Origin: a virus
Taxonomy: Duplodnaviria > Caudoviricetes
DNA: 64,000 nt
Direction: 5' to 3' (one strand)
Virus record (IMG/VR): IMGVR_UViG_2513237266_000002
Span: 1 to 64,000 of that record
This document shows, one piece after another, positions 8,968 through 17,608 of the stretch (position 1 is its first letter; each line of letters begins with the position of its first letter). The notes beneath the pieces are model-generated. The model saw nothing but the letters and a program-made list of their open reading frames with translations, did not search any database and had not been told where the DNA came from. The position numbers and the translations under genes are program-made.

Positions 8968-10894
8968 GATTATCGTTGATAACTTTGCTGGTGGCGGTGG
9001 CGCATCAACGGGTATTGAACTGGCGATCGGGCGCAGCGTGGATATTGCGATCAACCACGACGAAAACGCCATTGCGATGCACAAGACGAACCACCCGGAC
9101 ACACTGCATTATTGTGAATCCGTTTTTGACGTGGATCCGGTTGCCGCCACCGGCGGTAATCCTGTCGGCCTGGCATGGTTTAGCCCGGACTGCCGACACT
9201 TCTCGAAGGCAAAAGGCGCAAAGCCAGTGAAAAAAGAGATACGCGGTCTGGCCTGGATTGTTCTGCGTTGGGCACTGGCGAAGAGACCGCGCGTGATGAT
9301 GCTGGAGAACGTGGAAGAGTTCAAAACGTGGGGACCGCTGCTGGCCGATGAAATGCGTCCGGATCCTGCCCGCACTGGCGAAACATTCAATGCATTTGTC
9401 GGCATGCTGTCCACTGGCATTCCTGCTGACCACCCGGCACTGTCAGAGGTTTGTGAGTTTCTGTCTATTGAAAGAGGTAGCGAGCAGGCGCAACAGCTGG
9501 TGGATGGGCTTGGATATGATGTTGATTATCGCGAACTACGCGCGTGTGATTACGGCGCGCCGACGATCCGCAAACGCTTCTTCATGGTTATGCGCTGCGA
9601 TGGCTGCCCAATCCAGTGGCCTGCTGTTACCCATGGGGATCCTAAGTCTCTGGAGGTGCAGAGCGGCAGGCTGATGCCATGGCGTACCGCTGCGGAATGT
9701 ATCGACTGGAATGTTCCGGCCCTGTCCATCTTCGACCGCAAAAAACCGCTGAAGGAGAACACTCTGAAGCGGATCGCGCGAGGCATACAGCGCTTTGTTA
9801 TCGAAAGTTCGTCGCCGTTTATCGTGAAGTGCAATCACACCAGCACCAAAACGAGTTACGACTGTTTCCGTGGTCAGGCGTTGGGCGAACCCCTACAGAC
9901 GATTACCAAAACCCACGGTTACGCGTTAGCTGTTCCACATCTTACAAAGTTCCGTACTGGCGCAACCGGGCAGCCCGTTACCGAACCTGTCCCGACGGTA
10001 ACCGCTGGCACATCAAAACGTCCAGGTGGGAACGGGCATGCACTCGGGATTGTTGAGGCTGCGTTGACACCATTCCTGGCGGGTAATGGTGGTAGTGAAT
10101 ACCAGGCGAAACCGCGCCCGCTGGATAAACCTGCTCATACCATTCTGAAGCAATCCCGAGCCTGTCTGGTTGCACCAGTGATAGCCCGCCAGTTTGGGGC
10201 CAGCGTCGGCCACCGTGCAGACGAACCGAGCGCAACCATTACCGCTGGTGGTGGCGGTAAATCTCAGCTGGTAACGCCTACGCTGATTCAGATGGGTTAT
10301 GGCGAACGACCTGGGCAAGAACCGCGCGTGCTGCGACTGGATAACCCGCTGGGGACCGTTACTGCAGGCGGAAATAAATTCGCGACGGTGAGCGCGTTCC
10401 TGGCAAAACACTACGGCGGTAACTATACGGGACCGGGTGTCAGTATGGATGAACCCGCGCACTCAGTAACCACTGTCGACCATCATGCAGTAGTTGCCTC
10501 TCATCTGGTGAAACTGCGTGGAACGTGCCGCGACGGGCAACGCCTTGATGTGCCCATGCCAACAATCACCGCTGGTGGCCAACACGTGGGTGAGGTACGC
10601 ACATTTCTCGAGACGTATTGCGGGGAAAGTGACGATGAATGGCTGGTAACGATCGATGGGGTTAAATACCAGATCGTTGATATCGGAATGCGCATGTTGC
10701 AGCCGCATGAACTCTACAAAGCGCAGGGCTTCCCGGATGGATACGTTATTGATCAGGACTACCGTGGAAATCGCTACGCAAAAGATAAGCAGGTAGCCCG
10801 CTGCGGTAATGCGGTACCACCACCATTCGCCAGGGCGCTGGTGGAGGCAAATCTTCCGGAACTGTGTGCAGTGCAACAACAGGAGGTGGCATGA
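8960..10894 (+). CDS. C5-cytosine DNA methyltransferase with repeat-expanded variable region
   Basis: DNFAGGGG (I), SPDC (IV), ENV (VI), RKR (VIII), CGNAV (X). Confidence 0.9.
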   Translation: MREIIVDNFAGGGGASTGIELAIGRSVDIAINHDENAIAMHKTNHPDTLHYCESVFDVDPVAATGGNPVGLAWFSPDCRHFSKAKGAKPVKKEIRGLAWIVLRWALAKRPRVMMLENVEEFKTWGPLLADEMRPDPARTGETFNAFVGMLSTGIPADHPALSEVCEFLSIERGSEQAQQLVDGLGYDVDYRELRACDYGAPTIRKRFFMVMRCDGCPIQWPAVTHGDPKSLEVQSGRLMPWRTAAECIDWNVPALSIFDRKKPLKENTLKRIARGIQRFVIESSSPFIVKCNHTSTKTSYDCFRGQALGEPLQTITKTHGYALAVPHLTKFRTGATGQPVTEPVPTVTAGTSKRPGGNGHALGIVEAALTPFLAGNGGSEYQAKPRPLDKPAHTILKQSRACLVAPVIARQFGASVGHRADEPSATITAGGGGKSQLVTPTLIQMGYGERPGQEPRVLRLDNPLGTVTAGGNKFATVSAFLAKHYGGNYTGPGVSMDEPAHSVTTVDHHAVVASHLVKLRGTCRDGQRLDVPMPTITAGGQHVGEVRTFLETYCGESDDEWLVTIDGVKYQIVDIGMRMLQPHELYKAQGFPDGYVIDQDYRGNRYAKDKQVARCGNAVPPPFARALVEANLPELCAVQQQEVA

Positions 10895-11277
10895 AACTTG
10901 TACTCCCGTTCCCTCCGAGCGTGAACACTTACTGGCGCGCCCCTAACAAGGGGCCGCTGGCCGGTCGTCACCTCATTAGCGCTGATGGTCGTAAATACCA
11001 GAGCGCTGCCTGCGTGGCGATCATTGAGCAATTACGACGTCTCCCGAAGCCATCGACTGAACTGGCAGCGGTAGAAATCACTCTGTACCCGCCGGATGCG
11101 CGCCGCCGGGATATCGATAATTACAACAAAGCCCTGTTTGACGCGCTGACGCATGCGGGTGTCTGGGAAGATGACAGCCAGATTAAGCGCATGCTGGTGG
11201 AATGGGGACCCGTAGTGCCGAAAGGTCGGGTAGAGATAACGATCAGCAGATATGAACCGGCGGGTGCAGCCGCCTGA
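10891..11277 (+). CDS. rusA: RusA Holliday-junction resolvase
   Basis: PFPPSVNTYW, RRDIDNYNKALFDAL, WEDDSQI. Confidence 0.92.
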   Translation: MKLVLPFPPSVNTYWRAPNKGPLAGRHLISADGRKYQSAACVAIIEQLRRLPKPSTELAAVEITLYPPDARRRDIDNYNKALFDALTHAGVWEDDSQIKRMLVEWGPVVPKGRVEITISRYEPAGAAA

Positions 11278-11290
11278 TATGGAGAAAAGT

Positions 11291-11977
11291 ATGAGCCAGT
11301 TAATCGTGAATGGTGTAGTAACAATGTCCAGCCGTGATATTGCGGATCTGGTGGAATCACGACATGACCATGTTAAACGGTCCATTGAACGCCTGGCAGA
11401 GCGCGGTGTTATTGAACTCCCCCCAATGGGGGAAGTTAAAAATCACCTCAATCAGTCGGTATCGGTTTATCTGATAGGGAAGCGGGACAGTTATATCGTT
11501 GTCGCGCAGCTGTCGCCGGAGTTTACCGCGCGTCTGGTTGATCGCTGGCAGGAGCTTGAGCAGGCACAGCAGCAGACGATTCCTCAATCATTCTCTGAAG
11601 CCCTACGTCTTGCAGCTGACCTTGCAGAACAAAAACAGCAGTTGACTAACGAACTTGCTGCCGCGGCGCCGAAGGTAGAGTTTGTTGATCGGTACTGTAC
11701 AGCCAGTGGGTCAATGTCATTCCGCCAGGTGGCAAAACTGCTTAAGGCCAAAGAGCCAGATCTGCGGTTATTCCTCCTTGAGAACGACATCATGTATCGC
11801 CTTGGCGGAACGATGACCCCACGGTATCAGCATATTGATGCGGGCCGTTTTGAAGTGAAAACCGGCACATCCGTAACCTCAAATCATGCATTCAGCCAGG
11901 CACGTTTCACGGCGAAAGGCGTGCGCTGGATTGGTGGACTGTGGGCAGAACACATTGCCAGGGGGCAGGTCGCGTGA
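11291..11977 (+). CDS. Antirepressor (Rha-like N-terminus, KilAC/ANT C-terminus)
   Basis: MSSRDIADLVESRHDHV, PQSFSEALRLAADL, APKVEFVD. Confidence 0.85.
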   Translation: MSQLIVNGVVTMSSRDIADLVESRHDHVKRSIERLAERGVIELPPMGEVKNHLNQSVSVYLIGKRDSYIVVAQLSPEFTARLVDRWQELEQAQQQTIPQSFSEALRLAADLAEQKQQLTNELAAAAPKVEFVDRYCTASGSMSFRQVAKLLKAKEPDLRLFLLENDIMYRLGGTMTPRYQHIDAGRFEVKTGTSVTSNHAFSQARFTAKGVRWIGGLWAEHIARGQVA

Positions 11978-12969
11978 GAGCTCTGCTTACCCCCGAGATC
12001 GCCCATCGTATGGGGATTGTGCTGTTCCGTCCCGGTGCGGAACTGATGCACCTCTTCATGCGTGGTCGCGTTCTGCTCGAGCCTGAACCAGAAGAAATGG
12101 CGTCTTTCAGTACCGGGGCTGTTCCGGCAGCCATTCAGCCGCTGGCTGATGATCCGGTAATGCGTCAGGTCTTCGAGAATGAGAGGGTTATTCAGCGTGC
12201 CGGTGGGCTTCCTTCCCTTGAGCAATGGTTGAGTACCCGGTTTGATTGCCAGTGGCCACATTCATCGTGGCACGATAAGAACTTCACAACAATGCGGCAC
12301 CCACCAGGAAGTATTCGCCTGTGCTGGCATTGCGATCACACTTTGTCGGGGCAGCATACCGAACAGCTTGCAGGTATAGCCGCAGGAAACCTGGTATCCT
12401 GGATTCTGGAAGTCATTCGGCGTGATTCTGGTTTTCCCGAGTCGCATATCCTGACGCTTCCGGAACTGTGCTGGTGGATGGTCAGAAACGACCTGGCTGA
12501 TGTTATTCCGGAAAGCGTTGCGCACAAAGGGCTGCGCCTTCCGGATGAGAAGATCCGTTCTGTCATGAGGGAAAGCGACATAGTGCCTTCCTCGTCAGCA
12601 ACCAGACTCGTGCAGGAGAAGGCGAAAAAGATCCTCACGCTTTCTGTTGATCCGGAGTCGCCAGAGTCTTTTATGCTCAGGCCAAAACGTCGCCGCTGGA
12701 TAAATGAGACGTACACCCGCTGGGTTAAAACACAACTCTGTGAGTGTTGCCGACGGCCAGCAGATGATCCGCACCATATCGTAGGGCACGGTATGGGGGG
12801 AACAGCAACAAAAGCCCATGATCTCTTCGTGATCCCTCTGTGCAGAGAGTGCCACGACGAGTTACACGCCGATGTACCGGCATTCGAGCAGAAGCATGGT
12901 ACGCAGCTTGAGCTGCTACTGCGTTTTATGGATCGGGCGCTGGCGATCGGTGTAATTGCGAAAGCTTAA
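11974..12969 (+). CDS. DUF968/YdfU-family protein (HNH-like C-terminus)
   Basis: CECC..ADDPHH, KAHDLFVIPLCRECHDELH. Confidence 0.85.
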   Translation: MRALLTPEIAHRMGIVLFRPGAELMHLFMRGRVLLEPEPEEMASFSTGAVPAAIQPLADDPVMRQVFENERVIQRAGGLPSLEQWLSTRFDCQWPHSSWHDKNFTTMRHPPGSIRLCWHCDHTLSGQHTEQLAGIAAGNLVSWILEVIRRDSGFPESHILTLPELCWWMVRNDLADVIPESVAHKGLRLPDEKIRSVMRESDIVPSSSATRLVQEKAKKILTLSVDPESPESFMLRPKRRRWINETYTRWVKTQLCECCRRPADDPHHIVGHGMGGTATKAHDLFVIPLCRECHDELHADVPAFEQKHGTQLELLLRFMDRALAIGVIAKA

Positions 12970-12983
12970 GTGTATGGAGAAAA

Positions 12984-13352
12984 GTGATGCGTGATATTCA
13001 AATGTTACTTGAAAGATGGGGCGGTTGGGCTGCCAGTGATAGTTCTGGCGTGGACTATTCTCCTATAGCTGCAGGATTTAAGGGGCTGTTGCCGCAAACA
13101 GGTAGATCCCGACCGTCATGTACTGACGATGATGCGCTGATCATCGAAGGTTGCCTGGCGCGATTGAAAAGCCGGAAACCATATGAGCATTCACTGCTTG
13201 TAGCTCACTATCTGTATGGAATATCCAAGAGGAAGATCGCAAAAGTGCGTAAAAAAGATGAGAAATTGATACGCATCGAGATACAGATGGCTGAAGGATT
13301 TATAGACGGATGTTTGGCTATGCTTGATATTCGACTTGAAATGGATGATTGA
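12984..13352 (+). CDS. Q: Late antiterminator Q
   Basis: MRDIQMLLERWGGWA..., AEGFIDGCL; position. Confidence 0.88.
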   Translation: MMRDIQMLLERWGGWAASDSSGVDYSPIAAGFKGLLPQTGRSRPSCTDDDALIIEGCLARLKSRKPYEHSLLVAHYLYGISKRKIAKVRKKDEKLIRIEIQMAEGFIDGCLAMLDIRLEMDD

Positions 13353-13374
13353 TTGTTAAGATCAAGACTGCCGG

Positions 13375-13797
13375 TTAGCCTTGAGGCCCGGCAGTATCTG
13401 GTAGTTGGCTCGAACGTGATGAGGCCTCAAGGATGGAGTCGCTGCCAATAGAAACGAGTATTTCAATTGTCTTGGCCTTTGCCTGCATCAGCCTAGCTTC
13501 AATTTCAGGGGTTAAATGCTCTGAGCTTAGCTGTTTTTCGATCTCTGCTAAATCTCGTTTACACTTCGCTCGTTTAGCTGCATCTTCTGGTGATTCAAAC
13601 CCATGCCTAGAAATGAACCAATTCATCACGTAGGTAAGGACAGCAGCAACACCAGGCACTAGGGCATAAGCAACCGTTCTCCACACACTGTTGGGGTCTG
13701 TAAGAACTGCGCCAACTAAAACGCTGAGTATCGCTCCCCAACCACCAGTAGAAAGTGTCGCTTTTCCAGTACTTAAACCTTTACTTTGAGAACTCAT
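13375..13797 (-). CDS. Two-TM membrane protein with coiled-coil tail; gene 3 of cargo operon
   Basis: Two hydrophobic segments; ATGA overlap with upstream gene. Confidence 0.75.
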   Translation of the reverse strand: MSSQSKGLSTGKATLSTGGWGAILSVLVGAVLTDPNSVWRTVAYALVPGVAAVLTYVMNWFISRHGFESPEDAAKRAKCKRDLAEIEKQLSSEHLTPEIEARLMQAKAKTIEILVSIGSDSILEASSRSSQLPDTAGPQG

Positions 13798-14063
13798 TTT
13801 TGTCTTGAATTCTCCGTAATAGCCTCATCAATAAGACTGGTAAGCATTTTCCCGTTTTTTCTTGGTACCTTAACAATGAGTGTTTTAGTTGTGCCAGTAT
13901 CTTCATCGTGATACCGGAACTCAAAGGTTCTGGTAGGAAACAATCTACGCCATAGCAAAGCAGATGCCGAATAGCAGAAACGACTAAAGGTAGGAATGAT
14001 CATAATCACCCCTATCCAGAAGATCAGTTGCGCTATTTGCAAGTTTAATGCCACGTTAATCAA
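13794..14063 (-). CDS. Small single-TM protein; gene 2 of cargo operon
   Basis: IAQLIFWIGVIMIIPTF hydrophobic stretch; 4-bp overlaps on both sides. Confidence 0.7.
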   Translation of the reverse strand: MINVALNLQIAQLIFWIGVIMIIPTFSRFCYSASALLWRRLFPTRTFEFRYHDEDTGTTKTLIVKVPRKNGKMLTSLIDEAITENSRQK

Positions 14064-14929
14064 GCCTCAGCAGGGCGTTTTCGCTTAACTTTGGTTATAG
14101 CATACTTTGTTGAAGCATTACGTGCAGTGAAAGTTTTCGTTGTTTTGAGGTCAACGACAAACAAATCTTCTTTGGTGAAACTAACAATCCCATTTTGGAC
14201 TTGATGTATAAAAAGTTGATCCTCAAACGAAACAGCGTGTTCCTCTCCGAGGTACTCAATCCTCCAACCTTTTGTTCCTTCGAAGTTTATTTGGACGAAT
14301 CTTACGTTTACTTCTTCCACTGATTCTTCTTTTTCCAGCAAAGTACCCCTAGGAAGCGGTTTTATTTCCTCAGTTTCTTCACCTTCCAGACGGACGACTT
14401 CGACACCGTCTTCATTCAGAACTTTGAACACAGCGCCTTCTTTCCCGTCTAAAGGTGCGCGCACAACGTTCACTAAAGCATTCCTGATTTCTGGATCAGT
14501 CACTAGCTTGGCTACAGAATCATGACAAACAATCTCTTCACCTTCGAGCTCAAGAACGGATTGGTCTGTTCCTGCTCGTTTCGTGATGGAAATGACTTTC
14601 TTACTTCCCAACTGTCGAATTAACGATAATGCAGGTGCACCAATTGCTGCGCCGGCTAACCCTGTCAATCCGATCACTTTCGCAACATTGATTGCATGTG
14701 GGACAAGCTCCATCATCGTATAGGATACGCCGAGAGAGCCAGCCTCAGCCGGGTTTGTCACCATCAACTTCACTGTTTGTTGACCGTCGTTAAGCCGTTT
14801 ATCGGCGGCTGAAATCAAATCCGCCATAGAACCTATGGAAATGCTAAGTGTTTTTGCATCAATTTTATGCTGTGCCAATTCAGTGTCTTCTGCATCATAG
14901 AAGATCTGAAAAGAAGTAGTATTGGTCAC
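14060..14929 (-). CDS. 289-aa hypothetical protein; gene 1 of cargo operon
   Basis: Long AT-richer ORF; central Gly/Ala hydrophobic helix; beta-rich C-terminus. Confidence 0.8.
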   Translation of the reverse strand: MTNTTSFQIFYDAEDTELAQHKIDAKTLSISIGSMADLISAADKRLNDGQQTVKLMVTNPAEAGSLGVSYTMMELVPHAINVAKVIGLTGLAGAAIGAPALSLIRQLGSKKVISITKRAGTDQSVLELEGEEIVCHDSVAKLVTDPEIRNALVNVVRAPLDGKEGAVFKVLNEDGVEVVRLEGEETEEIKPLPRGTLLEKEESVEEVNVRFVQINFEGTKGWRIEYLGEEHAVSFEDQLFIHQVQNGIVSFTKEDLFVVDLKTTKTFTARNASTKYAITKVKRKRPAEA

Positions 14930-14984
14930 TATTTGCTCACTATGGTTTGATTTTTTTCCATAAAATACCTGTTTTAATGATAAA

Positions 14985-15050
14985 AAACATTATTGCGGTC
15001 CGCAAAAAGTAATGTAACGTGTTAAGAGTGGTTACTTGGTCACATCGCTT
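14985..15050 (+). promoter_or_regulatory. Late promoter pR'/qut region
   Basis: ttgcggtccgcaaaaagtaatgtaacgtgttaagagtggttac resembles lambdoid pR' regions; lies between Q and lysis. Confidence 0.5.
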
Positions 15051-15164
15051 AATCATAACGTTCAGTCACTGAGTGTTGTTTTTTTGATGCTAAAATGTGC
15101 GACTTATCTCTCTGAAATGTATCTCCTTTTCCTTGACTATGGGATTTCAATCTAAGGAGGTTCT

Positions 15165-15413
15165 ATGATGGGAGTCTGTTCTTGCGGTGGTAGGCTTGAT
15201 GAGTCGCAGTATTCCACCGACAGCTTAGGTAATACGTTTAAATCTTGCCCAAGATGCTCGCAGATTTCTGGGCATCATGTTTTCTATATTATTGAAGAAT
15301 TTGGCGAGAGAGATATGGGCGATGGCAGGGTTATCGTGCAACCATATTGTCCATCGTGCAGAAACTACCAAGAAAGATCGTTAGTTCCAGCATTTGAGTG
15401 CAGTAGCTCATAA
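15165..15413 (+). CDS. Small Cys-rich (zinc-binding) moron protein
   Basis: CSC, CPRC, CPSC; AAGGAGG RBS; own terminator. Confidence 0.75.
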   Translation: MMGVCSCGGRLDESQYSTDSLGNTFKSCPRCSQISGHHVFYIIEEFGERDMGDGRVIVQPYCPSCRNYQERSLVPAFECSSS

Positions 15414-15431
15414 TCACAACTTTCAGTATAA

Positions 15432-15454
15432 GGCCACCTTCGGGTGGTTTTTTT
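15432..15454 (+). terminator. Rho-independent terminator
   Basis: gccaccttcgggtggt plus T-run. Confidence 0.8.
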
Positions 15455-15576
15455 ATGGCAACTCAGTCTTGTCTAATGCACAAAGGCCATTGTAGTCGCA
15501 GAATGGAATTCTTCTATTGCTGGTGTCGCCAACCAGAGTTATCTGTATGTCACGCATATAATTTTAGGTAAAAGAC

Positions 15577-15768
15577 ATGCTAAATCAGGAAGATATGACA
15601 GAAACCGCGAAGACTGTTTTCAATGAGTTAAGCGATAAACCAGCAACGGTTGGGGAGATTGCACAGAATACCCACCTCAGCCGCGAACGTTGCCAACTCA
15701 TACTTACGCAATTGGTGATGGCGGGATTATCTGACTACCAGTTCGGATGTTATAAGCGTCTCCAGTGA
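15577..15768 (+). CDS. Small winged-helix (TrmB-like) regulator
   Basis: PATVGEIAQNTHLSRERCQLILTQL. Confidence 0.7.
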   Translation: MLNQEDMTETAKTVFNELSDKPATVGEIAQNTHLSRERCQLILTQLVMAGLSDYQFGCYKRLQ

Positions 15769-15898
15769 TATGTTTTTTTGCACTATGTGAACTACATCAA
15801 CAGTTTAGTTTTTTCTTATTTCTGGCTTAAAAATAGTTTTTGACATAACTCTTTAGCTATTAAGATTTTTCACCTTATCAACTTGAAAGAGGTGAAAA

Positions 15899-16231
15899 AT
15901 GAGTGTTGAAAATTATGAAATTGCTTTAAATGATGTTGACCCAACTAACTTGGGTGCGGTTAAAGACTTATTGGAGACACACTCCCATCTTTTCAATGAC
16001 TATTTTCTAGCCGGTTATGGCGGTGATGCCCGATACTCCGTTATTGATGGCTCATTTGAAGTTATCGGTATTGGAGATGGTTTTTTTGAGTATGAAGTTG
16101 GGATTAATTTTTATGCTGGGTGCTCAGGAATGAACGATACCCTTGAAGACCAGGGAATGCTTGAATATGAAGTTAGAGATGGAAGCATCCACATTGAAGT
16201 AGATGAAGCTGTCTGGAGAGTAGACAATTAG
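15899..16231 (+). CDS. Highly acidic hypothetical moron protein
   Basis: GAGGTG RBS; 23 D/E vs 4 K/R in 110 aa. Confidence 0.75.
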   Translation: MSVENYEIALNDVDPTNLGAVKDLLETHSHLFNDYFLAGYGGDARYSVIDGSFEVIGIGDGFFEYEVGINFYAGCSGMNDTLEDQGMLEYEVRDGSIHIEVDEAVWRVDN

Positions 16232-16413
16232 TTCCCGCTTACTAATCGCCGCCATGAGTGTTCTGGCGGCTTTCTGCTGTGGAAATGGGCGGCTGGTGGG
16301 TGTTAGCGCACCCGGCCAGCCATCAGCTCATGCTTTCAGGTCACAAGCTAACCAAGGCCCACTGCTTTAGCGCAAAAGCAACGTGAGCCTATCAGAGTTA
16401 CGCTTACCGATCT

Positions 16414-17466
16414 ATGAAAAATACTGTAAAAATAAACAGTGTTGAGTTAATCAACGCTGATAGCCTGCATTACGTCGCCACCCTCCCGGATAACTCTATT
16501 GATCTGATAGTTACGGATCCGCCGTACTTCAAAGTGAAGCCCAACGGCTGGGACAACCAATGGAAGGGGGACGAGGACTACTTACGCTGGCTTGATAGCT
16601 GTCTGGCTGAGTATGCTCGCGTTCTTAAACCTGCTGGCAGCATTTACCTGTTTTGTGGTCACCGACTGGCCTCAGATATAGAGATTATGATGCGTGCCCG
16701 GTTCAACGTTTTGAATCACATAATTTGGGCAAAACCATCGGGCCGCTGGAATGGATGTAACAAAGAAAGCCTGCGTGCGTACTTTCCATCTACGGAACGG
16801 ATTTTGTTTGCTGAGCACTATCTTGGGCCGTACACAGGTAAAGAGGATGTTTACGAAAGGAAAAGCACAGAGCTAAAGCAGCACATTATGACGCCGCTGA
16901 TTGACTACTTTCGTAATGCCCGTGAATCACTGGGTGTCAGCTCGAAAGAAATAGCTGAGGCAACCGGAAAGAAAAACATGGCGTCACACTGGTTTGGTGC
17001 AAGCCAATGGCAACTACCAAATGAAGTGGACTATAGAAAGTTGCAGGAACTGTTCACGCGGATCGCTATCGATAAGCACATTCAGCAGAAGCTTGAACAT
17101 CCTCACCATCAGCTGGCAGCTACCTATCAGTCATTAAACCGCAAGTATTCAGAATTGCTGGAGGAATACAAAACACTCCGGCGCTGCTTCTCTGTTTCCG
17201 CTTTTGTTCCGTATACCGACGTATGGACGCATAAGCCTGTTCAGTTTTATCCAGGCAAACATCCATGCGAAAAACCTGCCGACATGCTGAAGCAGATCAT
17301 TAGCGCCAGCAGCAGACCAGGGGATATCGTTGCCGATTTCTTTATGGGCTCTGGTTCAACTGTGAAAGCTGCAATAGAACTTGGTCGTCGGGCGATCGGC
17401 GTAGAACTGGAAACCGACAGGTTTATTCAGACCACCGAAGAGGTGGAAAAACTCAACAAAACATAA
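16414..17466 (+). CDS. Beta-class N4/N6 DNA methyltransferase with inserted HTH
   Basis: TDPPY, HPCEKP, DFFMGSGS. Confidence 0.9.
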   Translation: MKNTVKINSVELINADSLHYVATLPDNSIDLIVTDPPYFKVKPNGWDNQWKGDEDYLRWLDSCLAEYARVLKPAGSIYLFCGHRLASDIEIMMRARFNVLNHIIWAKPSGRWNGCNKESLRAYFPSTERILFAEHYLGPYTGKEDVYERKSTELKQHIMTPLIDYFRNARESLGVSSKEIAEATGKKNMASHWFGASQWQLPNEVDYRKLQELFTRIAIDKHIQQKLEHPHHQLAATYQSLNRKYSELLEEYKTLRRCFSVSAFVPYTDVWTHKPVQFYPGKHPCEKPADMLKQIISASSRPGDIVADFFMGSGSTVKAAIELGRRAIGVELETDRFIQTTEEVEKLNKT

Positions 17467-17608
17467 CGATCATCACGCCCCTGTGGATGTGGTGATCACC
17501 ATTTTCAGGCACCGGGAATCATCCTTACTTTTATTTGAACAAAAGAGCCCGGTTGCCTGATCCCCTTCAATCACACACAGCGCCATCCGAACTATCGGAG
17601 GTGAGGCT

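Noticed and set aside
7645-17466. Complete restriction-modification system
   Set aside because: No restriction endonuclease gene is evident next to any of the three methyltransferases.
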